A DNA stretch of 35,695 nucleotides from Christensenellaceae bacterium (GCA_031288735.1 JAITQU010000099.1:1-35695); one strand, 5' to 3'; shown: positions 20,389-29,278, counted from the stretch's first letter. Numbers and translations: made by a program. The notes: a model not told the origin generated them from the letters alone.

Positions 20389-20417
20389 ATTATACCATAT
20401 TTGCTGTTTCAATTCAA
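20389..20417 (-). promoter_or_regulatory. Sigma-70-type promoter of the giant lipoprotein gene (TTGAAT-17 nt-TATAAT)
   Basis: On the minus strand, -35 TTGAAT is at 20417..20412, the spacer is exactly 17 nt, and -10 TATAAT is at 20394..20389. This predicts a ~125-nt 5' UTR before ATG 20257. Confidence 0.55.
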
Positions 20418-20424
20418 CACATTA

Positions 20425-21490
20425 TTTTTAAGGGCGATTTGGTATTTAGAGTAACTTTAGAGTAGTAAAATCCATTAAATTCACAATAAATTCACAATAA
20501 ATACCAAAAGTAAGTGGGTGATGTCGCTTGATGAAATACTTGATCTAATATAAATACTACAAAACAAACTATGATAAGTCATAACTTTGCAGTATAATAA
20601 AAGTACAGAAGACCGTCTTAATGTTTAACACAAAATGATATCGTAATTTAGCTTTACACTACAATAAAAATTTAACTTCCTTTTCCATGACGTGAGTTAT
20701 AGAGCCATAGAGAAAAAATCACAGAATGAAACTACTGTTTTTAGAAGCAAGAAAACACATGACCGTTGAAAAACGTCAGCTGTAAGAAAAGGTAGTTCAG
20801 CCTTAGGCAAGTATTCACACACATTCAAAGTAGTATTCAATTCATCACGCATGCATACACTGTATGTGTGTATGACAAAAATGCACTATGATGTTCGAGC
20901 GGATAAGATGACTAAAGATGCTATTACATCCTCACACTGTCATAAGTCTAGATTCGGTATTCATTACACAGTTGCATTTTCAAAGATGGTGTCGATAAAG
21001 GAAACATTTAGCAAATATTAAAACAAATAAATTGTATTTTTTTTAAGTAGCTGTATCCATGTATAAAAAGTGTCCTTCCGCCGTTAAGACACTTCAAGAC
21101 CACCTCGTACTTTTATTATAAGTGCGTAATAAAAATCAAGCAAAACTTTAAATGGCAAATAAAAGGAAAATACACCGATTTTTCGTTCAATTTTGAATGT
21201 AACAAACAAGACAACTACTTGTTTGAGAAGGATACCGAAGTGGTCGTGTCGATGGTGAAATTATAAGGATTGAGTGCTAATGCGCTTTTTTGAGTAGTTA
21301 CTGTTCACAGCTTATATAAAAAACATAGTTATTGTCCCTCTTCGGCATGATATTTTGGAAAAGGTCAGCACTTTAGCGGGAAAATGCACAACAGTAAATG
21401 TTCCAAATGCAGAAAAAATTCCTTTAACTAGCAATCTAGGAAATATGTCCAAGATTTAACACTATTAACATTAATTCAGTTAAGGTCTGA
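20425..21490 (+). pseudogene. tnpB: Decayed tnpB (IS200/IS605/IS607 OrfB-family RNA-guided nuclease) relic with many stops and frameshifts
   Basis: Motifs occur in the canonical TnpB order and spacing, across shifting plus-strand frames:
- 20430-20465: KGDLVFRVTLE*, compare ..ykFRlyPt.EQ (TAG where CAG/Gln is expected).
- 20956-20964: GIH, RuvC-I GID with D->H.
- 21231-21293: DTEVVVSMVKL*GLSANALF*, compare dtiViEDLnvKGm.kN..La (catalytic Glu lost, TAA in place of a codon).
- 21312-21335: LYKKHSYC, compare LeYKa..yG.
- 21390-21413: NSKCSKCR, compare TSQ.CSkCG.
- 21440-21475: EICPRFNTININ, compare f.CP.CG...D.NAAINI with a deletion.
The implied RuvC-I to -II distance is ~94 codons and -II to -III ~72 codons. 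A 240-nt sample (20701-20940) is 89/240 G+C, which is coding-like. Confidence 0.55.
20477..20502 (+). repeat. Perfect tandem 11-mer (aaattcacaat x2 plus a partial third copy)
   Basis: aaattcacaat occurs at 20477-20487 and again at 20488-20498, followed by aaat. It lies inside the tnpB relic and has no assigned function. Confidence 0.6.
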
Positions 21491-21709
21491 ACAGTAACTT
21501 TGAGTATTATAAAGCAACAAAGGTTGCAATTCTTATGAGATATACGAGGGAAATTTATGTTCTTTGTCGGTCTGAAAATTTTCAATTTACTGCGACAATT
21601 CATTTTACATTCTACACATCAAATTTCAAACAGTGAATTCTTAAATCAAATACTATCGAAAATATTGTGATATACTATAAATGCAGGAAATTCAGTGGAG
21701 GCTGTTAAA

Positions 21710-22573
21710 ATGACAAAACAAAAATATTATGCGGTAAAAAAAGGACGAGAGACTGGAATATTTACTGACTGGAATTGCTGTCAAAAATCAACAACTGGAT
21801 TTCCTGGTGCCGTTTTTAAGTCATTTGAAAGCAAGAAAGCAGCAGAGACATTTTTAAGTGATGTCGACATTGCAGTATCTACTGATATAGCTCCACTATT
21901 ACAACTTGATTATTATGCGGTAAAGAAAGGACGCGAGACTGGGATATTCACTGACTGGAGTAGCTGTCAAGAAGCAATAACTGGATTTCCTGGTGCTATT
22001 TTTAAATCATTTAAAAACAAGGAAGCGGCAGAGGCGTTTTTAAGTGATGCGGACATTGTAGTATCTGATGATATAGCTACACGATTACAACAGGGTCGAA
22101 CTGTAGCTTTCGTTGATGGAAGTTTTGATGGTTTAAAAGGATATTATAGCTATGGAATAGTAATCATAAATAACAACATGGAAGAAACTGAGTTGTGTGG
22201 AAAAAGTAATAACGCTAAATTTTTAGCACATAACAATGTTGCTGGAGAGATTTTTGGGGTAGTTGGTGCAATGGATTGGGCACTACAAAATAATTGCAAT
22301 AAGTTGAGTATATTCCATGACTTAGAAGGGTTAGCAAGGTGGGCAGATGGGAGCTGGAAAACTAACAATGACCTAACAAAGTTTTATCAGAGTTTTATAG
22401 AGAAGTATAAAGGAGTGATTGATCTTGAATTTGTAAAAGTCAAGGGTCACTCAAACAACAAATATAATGACCGTGCAGATCAGCTTGCAAGAGAAGCTAT
22501 TTTTGAAAATAAAACTTGTATGGATGCAAGTGGCAATGGTGTGTATATTATAGATAATATAAAAGAACAATGA
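21710..22573 (+). CDS. RNase H1-type ribonuclease with two tandem N-terminal hybrid-binding (Cauli_VI-like) domains
   Basis: The track ORF starts at GTG 21695. ATG 21710 with GGAGG (21697-21701) 8 nt upstream is the likelier start. Two copies of YYAVKKGRETGIFTDW..CQ....GFPGA.FKSF..K..AE.FLSD are followed by an RNase H fold with the catalytic pattern AFVDGS ... AGEIFG ... IFHDLEG ... VKGHSNNKYNDRADQLA. Confidence 0.85.
   Translation: MTKQKYYAVKKGRETGIFTDWNCCQKSTTGFPGAVFKSFESKKAAETFLSDVDIAVSTDIAPLLQLDYYAVKKGRETGIFTDWSSCQEAITGFPGAIFKSFKNKEAAEAFLSDADIVVSDDIATRLQQGRTVAFVDGSFDGLKGYYSYGIVIINNNMEETELCGKSNNAKFLAHNNVAGEIFGVVGAMDWALQNNCNKLSIFHDLEGLARWADGSWKTNNDLTKFYQSFIEKYKGVIDLEFVKVKGHSNNKYNDRADQLAREAIFENKTCMDASGNGVYIIDNIKEQ
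21725..22096 (+). repeat. In-frame tandem duplication, 2 x 186 nt (62 aa), encoding the two hybrid-binding domains
   Basis: Copy 1 spans 21725-21910 and copy 2 spans 21911-22096. Both start tattatgcggtaaa.aaaggacg.gagactgg.atatt.actgactgg and stay alignable without gaps to ...gatatagct.cac.attacaac. Identity is high by eye; I did not compute it. Confidence 0.85.
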
Positions 22574-22997
22574 AGATGCGAGTGCCTCATAAATCGAATA
22601 GCAATTCATTGAAAATCTAGTACTAATTCATAAAGAAAAAAGTATTTCGTTACATAGTCTATGAAAACTATACTGTTTTTATTCAAGCGAAAACTAAAAC
22701 AAATATTTCTATTCAAAGTCCAAAAGGTTAGATATCTTACAACAATATGACTTTTTAAGTTATGTAGTTAGTGAAAATATTATTGTGCACTCGTTATGTT
22801 TATTCGGTTATCTAGTTAATTAGATAGTGGTAAATAGACTAGACAACGCAATTGTCAAAAAATCGCATTCTTGTACTCATTTAGACTGAGAATAGTAAAT
22901 CTTAAACTTACAATCTAAGATTTAAGATAGACAGTATTACAGAATATTCAATTCATAATGTAGTGCATTGAATTAGAGATTTATCAATTATCCTAGA

Positions 22998-24416
22998 TTA
23001 AAGTGTTGCGCTTAGGTACTTTAATAACTTTTCATCGTAGAGATTATACTTTTTGATAAGTTGTCCATAAGAAAAACCATATTTTTCTTTAATATAGCCA
23101 AATAATTTAACAAGCAACTGTTGGTTTGGATATGCAAATCCAAGTTTGCCTAGTATATAATCATAGGCATAACCTGTTTTTTCGTTAATCTTGTAGATGA
23201 TATCATAAATGAGCTTATTGTCAGAATAACCTAATAAACCTAAGCTACTTGCGCACTCATCAAAGGTAAGTTGTGATCGCATTAGCATCGTGACAAACGT
23301 TTTCATCAATATCTCATACCGGTGATTAAGATCTACAAAAAGCCGATTAATAATATAGTTAAATGAATATTTCCCTTTTTCGTTAACATCTAAAATTATC
23401 TCAATCATTACATCTTCTGGTATGTTTTTTTTACCTAAAACCCCATATTTGGCGAGAATTGCCTCTAGATCGGCATCAAATTTTAGTTTTTCTGGTTTTA
23501 TATCGGTCCACGCAAATCCTAAAAATACGCGTCCACCACTTCGAGTTTCGTTTGTGCGATGTGCATTAAGATATGCATATGTAAGCTCTTTTGCGCCTAT
23601 AACCTTTATCAATGGTTCTAGGGATGCAAGTCCAGTCCCAGCTTCTTCCATATATGACGTGTGTGGATAGTCGGTAAATGAAGATGCCAGTCCTGCAATT
23701 ATCGGTTGTGAATGGACATTTATTATTGCTGGAATAATATTTTTTACCCCTGCGATTTCTTTTATTCTTATTTTCTCATTGAAAACAAATCCAGCATCAA
23801 CGTATTGGTCTGCGTAGTAGTTAGAATAAGTCACATTAGCACTATTGAAATAGGCTTTAATACTGGCATCAGCTTGATCATATGTCGAAACAACAAAATA
23901 TGCATTATTTGGTAAAATTGCATAAGCCAAAACTGTAACAGGTATGTTTTCAAGATCTTTAAAGCACCCATGTATATAGTATTTAATGGCAATATCGTCT
24001 TTGAAAATATTAAATGCGGCTTTTCCACTCACTTGAACGGTACGAAATAGTAATTTGTTTGAATTTTTAGCACTTCTATAGATTGATCTGTTTTTTTCTT
24101 TCCCACCTCTAGGTGCGCGTGCATTTTTGACATTAACATTAATTTCAGATACATCATAGCCCAACTCTTGAGAGTATTTTTCATTAGCAGATGCTATGCA
24201 TTGATTAAGATGCAATGCACCACCATAAGTGTCGTGTACTAAGACATTTACGCCGTATGGCGCAAATTTCATAGAGAAAATCTCATAGGTACTCTCACTT
24301 GTGATACCTAGCAATATGTCGTTATAGAATCTTTTTGCTTCCTCTGTAGGGAATAATTCTGACACACTTTTTATAATTATTTTATACCATTCTCCTTGGT
24401 AATTGCTACGTCCCAT
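22998..24416 (-). CDS. Y1/HUH (IS200-like, REP-associated) transposase-like protein lacking catalytic motifs, with C-terminal HTH-like repeats
   Basis: The core FKDDIAIKYYIHGCFKDLENIPVTVLAYAILPNNAYFVVS...GFVFNEK...IINVHSQPIIAGLASSFTDYPHTSY follows the Y1_Tnp pattern (f.dd.d...fl..l......v.i.ay.lMpNHvHll...G.lf..r...YIh.NPv.agl....dYpwSS). The HUH position reads NNAY, and the catalytic-Tyr position (YIH.NP) reads NVHSQP. An N-terminal ~140 aa looks like a second degenerate copy (FAPYGVNVLV). The C-terminus has three similar segments (KGKYSFNYIINRL, KTGYAYDYILGKLG, KYGFSYGQLIKKYNL). GGGGG lies 6 nt upstream of the ATG. Confidence 0.6.
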   Translation of the reverse strand: MGRSNYQGEWYKIIIKSVSELFPTEEAKRFYNDILLGITSESTYEIFSMKFAPYGVNVLVHDTYGGALHLNQCIASANEKYSQELGYDVSEINVNVKNARAPRGGKEKNRSIYRSAKNSNKLLFRTVQVSGKAAFNIFKDDIAIKYYIHGCFKDLENIPVTVLAYAILPNNAYFVVSTYDQADASIKAYFNSANVTYSNYYADQYVDAGFVFNEKIRIKEIAGVKNIIPAIINVHSQPIIAGLASSFTDYPHTSYMEEAGTGLASLEPLIKVIGAKELTYAYLNAHRTNETRSGGRVFLGFAWTDIKPEKLKFDADLEAILAKYGVLGKKNIPEDVMIEIILDVNEKGKYSFNYIINRLFVDLNHRYEILMKTFVTMLMRSQLTFDECASSLGLLGYSDNKLIYDIIYKINEKTGYAYDYILGKLGFAYPNQQLLVKLFGYIKEKYGFSYGQLIKKYNLYDEKLLKYLSATL

Positions 24417-24475
24417 GATACACCCCCAAGTGTTAAATCACTTTGATTTTACTACACGTGTCTATAAATGTCAAT

Positions 24476-24514
24476 GTTTATGTGCTTTGCATTATTTCAG
24501 CAAAACACATAAAC
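24476..24514 (+). terminator. Hairpin with 3' T-run (possible terminator or operator) between the symporter and transposase-like genes
   Basis: gtttatgtg (24476-24484) pairs with cacataaac (24506-24514). An inner ttgc/gcaa pair adds to the stem, and TTTTTATTT follows on the plus strand. On the minus strand, where the flanking genes lie, no T-run follows, so its role is unclear. Confidence 0.25.
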
Positions 24515-24543
24515 TTTTTATTTACTTTAATTTAAACTTTATT

Positions 24544-26043
24544 TTATTCAGCAGGTAAAGGGTTTAGTGCTAACTTTCGCTCCGCAATGGTTTTTACTGC
24601 CTCCCGTTGCTCCGTCTCGTTAAACTTATAGAAGAAGAATGGAATTACTGAGAGAAGCATACTAAGTGCTGGAAGTAGTGCCGTGACAAGCCACAAAATA
24701 TCTTTTGCGCGTTCTGTTACCGTTGAAATATCATCAGCTACAATCCCCGCCCAACCAAGACCAAACGCAGAAATTGCAGCACCTACAGCCATACCAATCT
24801 TAGAGATGAACGTCTGCATTGCAAAGCAAATTCCTTCTCCTCTCTCGTTAAAGTGTAATTCAAGATAGTCAACACTGTCAGCAATCATGGCATAAGTTAT
24901 AATATTACTAAATCCTTGTGGAATACCTGATATTACAAGTCCTACTAAAACTAGTGCTAGTTGCCAGGTTTCTTTATATCCCACAAAATACATAGCAAGC
25001 ATGACCGCACCGCCGATAATGTGTGATACTATATATGTGTTGCGCTTTCCATATTTTCTTGCAAAATACGGAGTCATAACTGAGGCTACAAGACCACCAG
25101 GTATTACTGAGAATGTAAGAATTGTAAATAATCCAGCTCCTTGGAATCCTAAGAAGTTAACGCTTCCAAGTGCATATTGTGCAAAATATAAGCCGCTGTA
25201 CATAAACATTAGCCTAGCAGAACCTAAAACACCACTTGCAATAATAAGCAACAAAGGTTTGTTTTTAAATATAAGACTGAAATTATGTCCTAAACTCTTT
25301 GGCTTCTCATTAACATAGAATCGTTCTTTGGTGTTAAAAAATCCTATAAAGAATGGAACTATTGATAGAAGAGAAATTACTACAGCAACCCAAATAAATC
25401 TCTCTCTCAATATTCTAGCCGCTTCTAATTCTTTTCCTGGAATAATATTCCCGTCAGCATCCTGCATTGCGCCTAGCCAGTTAGAAAGAAGCGCAGGAAC
25501 TATTAGTGAAATTAAACCTGCTCCTGCTGTACAGAAGAGTCGTGCAACAGTTAATATATTGCTTCGAATATTTGTATCAGCTGTCATTTGTGTAGCTAAG
25601 CCCCAGTAGGGTACATCAATTATTGTATACGCAATACTCCATAAAACATACATAGAAGTAGCTACAATTATGGTAATTGCAGTATCAGGTGCTAAAGGTA
25701 AGAATATTAACGATGTTGTTAAAGCAATAGGAATGGGTGTAAATAAAAGATAGGGTCTACACTTTCCCCACTTTGTGCGTGTCCTATCAACAAGACTACC
25801 CATGATTGGATCATTAAAGGCATCGAAGAGTCGAGTGAAAAGCATTATGAACCCAACAGTAATTGGGTTTATTAGTAAACCATTTGTGAAAAAGTAAACG
25901 ATGTACGATGCGCTTACAAATCCACATATTAGGTTTTGTCCAAAGCCTGCAATACTATAACTGAAAGCCTCTGTTGGTTTTAATTCGCTATCTCTTTTGA
26001 GCCCGAACATGCCATATACTAATTTGTTGATTTTCTCTTTCAA
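24544..26043 (-). CDS. GPH-family (glycoside-pentoside-hexuronide) sugar:cation symporter
   Basis: 12-TM profile. The family motif lies around FDAFNDPIMGSLVDRTRTKWGKCRPYLL. TTG start is preceded by GGGGAGGG. Confidence 0.85.
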   Translation of the reverse strand: MKEKINKLVYGMFGLKRDSELKPTEAFSYSIAGFGQNLICGFVSASYIVYFFTNGLLINPITVGFIMLFTRLFDAFNDPIMGSLVDRTRTKWGKCRPYLLFTPIPIALTTSLIFLPLAPDTAITIIVATSMYVLWSIAYTIIDVPYWGLATQMTADTNIRSNILTVARLFCTAGAGLISLIVPALLSNWLGAMQDADGNIIPGKELEAARILRERFIWVAVVISLLSIVPFFIGFFNTKERFYVNEKPKSLGHNFSLIFKNKPLLLIIASGVLGSARLMFMYSGLYFAQYALGSVNFLGFQGAGLFTILTFSVIPGGLVASVMTPYFARKYGKRNTYIVSHIIGGAVMLAMYFVGYKETWQLALVLVGLVISGIPQGFSNIITYAMIADSVDYLELHFNERGEGICFAMQTFISKIGMAVGAAISAFGLGWAGIVADDISTVTERAKDILWLVTALLPALSMLLSVIPFFFYKFNETEQREAVKTIAERKLALNPLPAE

Positions 26044-26074
26044 ACTTAAGCCCTCCCCGTGTGAAATATATTAT

Positions 26075-26719
26075 TTATAATTTCAATGCTTTTCGGTTTT
26101 GAAAAACCGTAATTATATCGTTAAATGAGTATGTCGTATTTTTTGAATAAATACAGGTCTCCTTTTCAATGAATATGCGACTGCTTTCTTCTAAAATCTT
26201 ACACGTCATAAATGCATCATCTAAATTTTTTGCGCAGGCTATAATACCATGATTTGCCATAAGGCATGCATTTCTTTCTCTTAGTGCTATTAGGACTGCC
26301 GTTGTAAGTTTCTTGGTTCCAGGCAATCCGTAATCCGCAATAATAGCATCACCTAAAACATGTTTTTCCATTGCATCAGATATAATTGGCAAATTTCTGC
26401 GCGATGCAGCAACAGAGCTAGCATAGAAAGGATGACTGTGAATTACTGCACCTATCTCTTTGCGATTGCGATATATGGCGGCGTGAATTTTCTTCTCAGA
26501 TGTAGGCTTAATATTCCCACTGTACTCCATAGTTTCAATATTAACTACTACCATCTCTTCGGGAGTTAGTCGTATATAATCAAGACCACTAGGGGTTACA
26601 AGCATATATTTGTCATCAATTCGGACAGATATATTTCCCCAGGTCCCCTGTACTAGATTAGATTCCACAAGTTTTACACCTGCATCCTTTACCAATTGTC
26701 TTAGCTCTGTTTCAGTCAT
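26075..26719 (-). CDS. Class II aldolase/adducin-family enzyme (FucA/AraD-like), metal ligands intact
   Basis: AVIHSHPFYASSVA supplies the His-x-His zinc ligands, LMANHGIIACA the third His, and KPTSEKKIH contains the conserved Glu region. Confidence 0.85.
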   Translation of the reverse strand: MTETELRQLVKDAGVKLVESNLVQGTWGNISVRIDDKYMLVTPSGLDYIRLTPEEMVVVNIETMEYSGNIKPTSEKKIHAAIYRNRKEIGAVIHSHPFYASSVAASRRNLPIISDAMEKHVLGDAIIADYGLPGTKKLTTAVLIALRERNACLMANHGIIACAKNLDDAFMTCKILEESSRIFIEKETCIYSKNTTYSFNDIITVFQNRKALKL

Positions 26720-26730
26720 AATAATCTCTC

Positions 26731-27369
26731 TTATTGCATTTTTGATTCTTGATCAATCTTACTATATTTTTTCTTGTACACAAAACGCATAAGTACCGCA
26801 TCTAAAAATGGAATTTTTTTTGCGCCGCCTAAAATTGTAGCTTCAACAAAAGCTTTTGCACCTTTTTCAAGAACAAGAGAACCAGTATGCGCCTCATCAA
26901 CAGTACGACCCGTAGCAATTACTCCACCGTTTTTAATTAAGCATGCACTGCATTTTTTTAAAAGCTTCAATATTTTAGTAGCGTTTACCGAAGATGCAAC
27001 GTATGCTTTTCTTCCAATTATTTGAGCCACGTCATCTAATACTGCAGGGATATACTTTTCTGTGCTAGAGACAGCAACACAAAATTTTGCATGGTTTGTA
27101 ATTATTGCATTTATGTCTGATCTTGTTTTATAGATTGAGCGATGCAACTCCCCATACTTAAACGAATCAAGAGAATCGGTTGCTTTTACATGTATTACAT
27201 TATACTTGTTAGTGCTGTCAATTTCTCCAGCCTTTAAGCTGGTTATAAGTATATCGCCATCAGGTAAGCGAGCTGAAACACAATCTCCATCCTCTACTAG
27301 CTCTTCTTTAATTAATAGATTAGAAAAGGTTATAATGTCTAGCATTCTTTTGTTTTGCATATATTGCAT
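26731..27369 (-). CDS. Class II aldolase-fold paralog lacking two of three metal-binding histidines
   Basis: The fold and length match the neighbouring gene. The His-x-His position reads IITNHAKFCVAVS (first His -> Thr). The NHG position reads LIKNGGVIATG (His -> Gly). The gene ends 11 nt before the downstream aldolase gene. Confidence 0.75.
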   Translation of the reverse strand: MQYMQNKRMLDIITFSNLLIKEELVEDGDCVSARLPDGDILITSLKAGEIDSTNKYNVIHVKATDSLDSFKYGELHRSIYKTRSDINAIITNHAKFCVAVSSTEKYIPAVLDDVAQIIGRKAYVASSVNATKILKLLKKCSACLIKNGGVIATGRTVDEAHTGSLVLEKGAKAFVEATILGGAKKIPFLDAVLMRFVYKKKYSKIDQESKMQ

Positions 27370-27757
27370 TGTTACTCCTAACGAAAATCTATATTGATTT
27401 TTTCAAAAAAAATTTGAAATCTTGTAACTTCTGAAATCAAGCTTTAGTCATTATAAGCTCATCTCAAATTGCTTAATTAGTTTTGCGGTGTCGTTTTAGT
27501 GTCTATTAAATATTGTATCACAAAATTTTTTCTTTTGTAAGATTGAAAAATTTTTGTGTTTTTTGCACTTTTCTTTTTTTCTTAAGATTAGTATATTACA
27601 TTTATCGATATTTAATTTTAAAGTTAAATAATTTTATACTTACTTGCTTTCTTGGTGTCTATATTAGCATATGTTAAATTTCCTTGTTAATTAATATTAT
27701 TATTAAAAACGTAACTTTGTTTTTAGAGCGGTGCAACAGTTTTATAATTTCACATAC

Positions 27758-29278
27758 TTACTTGTTGGTGAATCTCTTACCGTTTGCTTTTTCATAAGCT
27801 TCCTTAAGTCCATAGTACACATCCTTATATGACATAAATAGCTTATTATAAATTTCAGAGTTTTCTTTATTTGGAATATAGGTTTTTGCAACTTTAGTAA
27901 ACTTTGATGTATCAGAAAAAGTGTAATGCCCTAGCCCTATAAGTGCTATTATTGCACCACCTAAAGCGCCAATGTCGCGCGGTTCATCTAAAACGTCTAA
28001 CTCAATTCCTGTAATATCGGAAATGATCTGTATCCAAGCAGCGTTTAGTGCACCACCGCCAATCACTCTAAAACAATTTCCCCTTATTTTATAATCCTTT
28101 TCGAAATTTTCAAATATCCATTTTAAATTGTATCCAACACCCTCATAGACAGCTCTTAACATATGCTCTCTTGTATGCTCTTCGTTAATGTTGAATAAGG
28201 TTGCCCTTGCTGTGGTGTCGCTTACAGGACAGCGCTCTCCTAGCATCCAAGGTGTAAATATTAAATTATCAGATCCAGCTGGCACTTTTTCGATACATTT
28301 ATCTAAGTATCTGTAAATGCCATCGCCAAGATTTTCCTTTTCATCACTGAAAAATCTATTCAATAGCCATTCAATATTACTTCCAGCAGCTTCAGTCACC
28401 CCTACAACTAGATTATCTTCAGGATCGCCACTTTGAATAGCGGCAGCACCATTTTTGAATCTTGTTTCGTCCTTAGTTGTTACGCAAACCCAAGCAGAAG
28501 TCCCAAGATATATGTGTATATTGTTGTAATCATTCATTCCGCTACCAATGCATGCGCTTTGAACATCATCACAACCACCAAAAACTATTGTAGATTGGTT
28601 GAGCCCTAATTCATTTGCAGCATCAATGGTAAGTGTTCCTACTTGGTCAGTAGATTTTACAAGGGGAGGCAGTTTTTTCATGTCAAGACCTGTTAGAGAC
28701 AGCACTGATAAAAACTTTTTCTTTTTTAGATCCAACCCATACGAAGAAGCACCTGATAGCTCTGATACCATCCTGCCAGTGCATTTATATTTCAAATATC
28801 CATTCACATCTAAGAAATATTTAGTTGCCTTATAAATCTCAGGTCGCTCTTCCTTAATCCAAATGATTTTTGCTATTACATCCTTGCCCATTATGGGAGT
28901 ACCAGATAGTAGCGTGAATATTTTTTTCCCGCCAAGCCGTTTCATTATACTATCAGCCTGCTTTTGCGCTCTTCCATCAACCCATGTAATATTGTTATAA
29001 AGAGTTTTTCCATCGATGTCTACAGGGATTAGTCCCATAGATTGTGTTGTAAAAACGATCGCTTTTATTTCATTAGGCGAGATGCCCGTTTTTTCTAGAA
29101 TTTTTTTTGTTGCACTCACAACAGCTTCCCAATAGTCACTAGGGATTTGTTCTACCCAAGCAGGATTTGGATAATATGTAGGATATGATGCTCTAGCTGT
29201 TGCTATTATTTTGCCATTGAAATCAGCAAGAATAGCTTTATCAGAGCTAGTACCCATGTCATGTGCTAAAACGTACAT
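27758..29278 (-). CDS. FGGY-family carbohydrate kinase (xylulokinase/ribulokinase-like)
   Basis: N-terminal HDMGTSSDKA (DxGTS phosphate-1 motif) and C-terminal FRVIGGGALNAAWIQIISDITG. AAGGAG lies upstream of the ATG. Confidence 0.85.
   Translation of the reverse strand: MYVLAHDMGTSSDKAILADFNGKIIATARASYPTYYPNPAWVEQIPSDYWEAVVSATKKILEKTGISPNEIKAIVFTTQSMGLIPVDIDGKTLYNNITWVDGRAQKQADSIMKRLGGKKIFTLLSGTPIMGKDVIAKIIWIKEERPEIYKATKYFLDVNGYLKYKCTGRMVSELSGASSYGLDLKKKKFLSVLSLTGLDMKKLPPLVKSTDQVGTLTIDAANELGLNQSTIVFGGCDDVQSACIGSGMNDYNNIHIYLGTSAWVCVTTKDETRFKNGAAAIQSGDPEDNLVVGVTEAAGSNIEWLLNRFFSDEKENLGDGIYRYLDKCIEKVPAGSDNLIFTPWMLGERCPVSDTTARATLFNINEEHTREHMLRAVYEGVGYNLKWIFENFEKDYKIRGNCFRVIGGGALNAAWIQIISDITGIELDVLDEPRDIGALGGAIIALIGLGHYTFSDTSKFTKVAKTYIPNKENSEIYNKLFMSYKDVYYGLKEAYEKANGKRFTNK

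Noticed and set aside
21557-21670. A 37-aa ORF, MFFVGLKIFNLLRQFILHSTHQISNSEFLNQILSKIL, has GAGGG 6 nt upstream and lies just before the RNase H gene.
   Set aside because: It lies in the tail of the tnpB relic, has no recognisable family, and is well within the length expected by chance. It would only be worth revisiting if Ribo-seq shows translation.
22897-22973. Two AT-rich inverted repeats lie between the RNase H gene and the transposase-like gene: aaatctta/taagattt at 22897-22923 and attcaat/attgaat at 22946-22973.
   Set aside because: The stems are 7-8 bp of almost pure A/T with 11-14 nt loops and no following T-run on either strand. That is too weak to call terminators or recombination sites.
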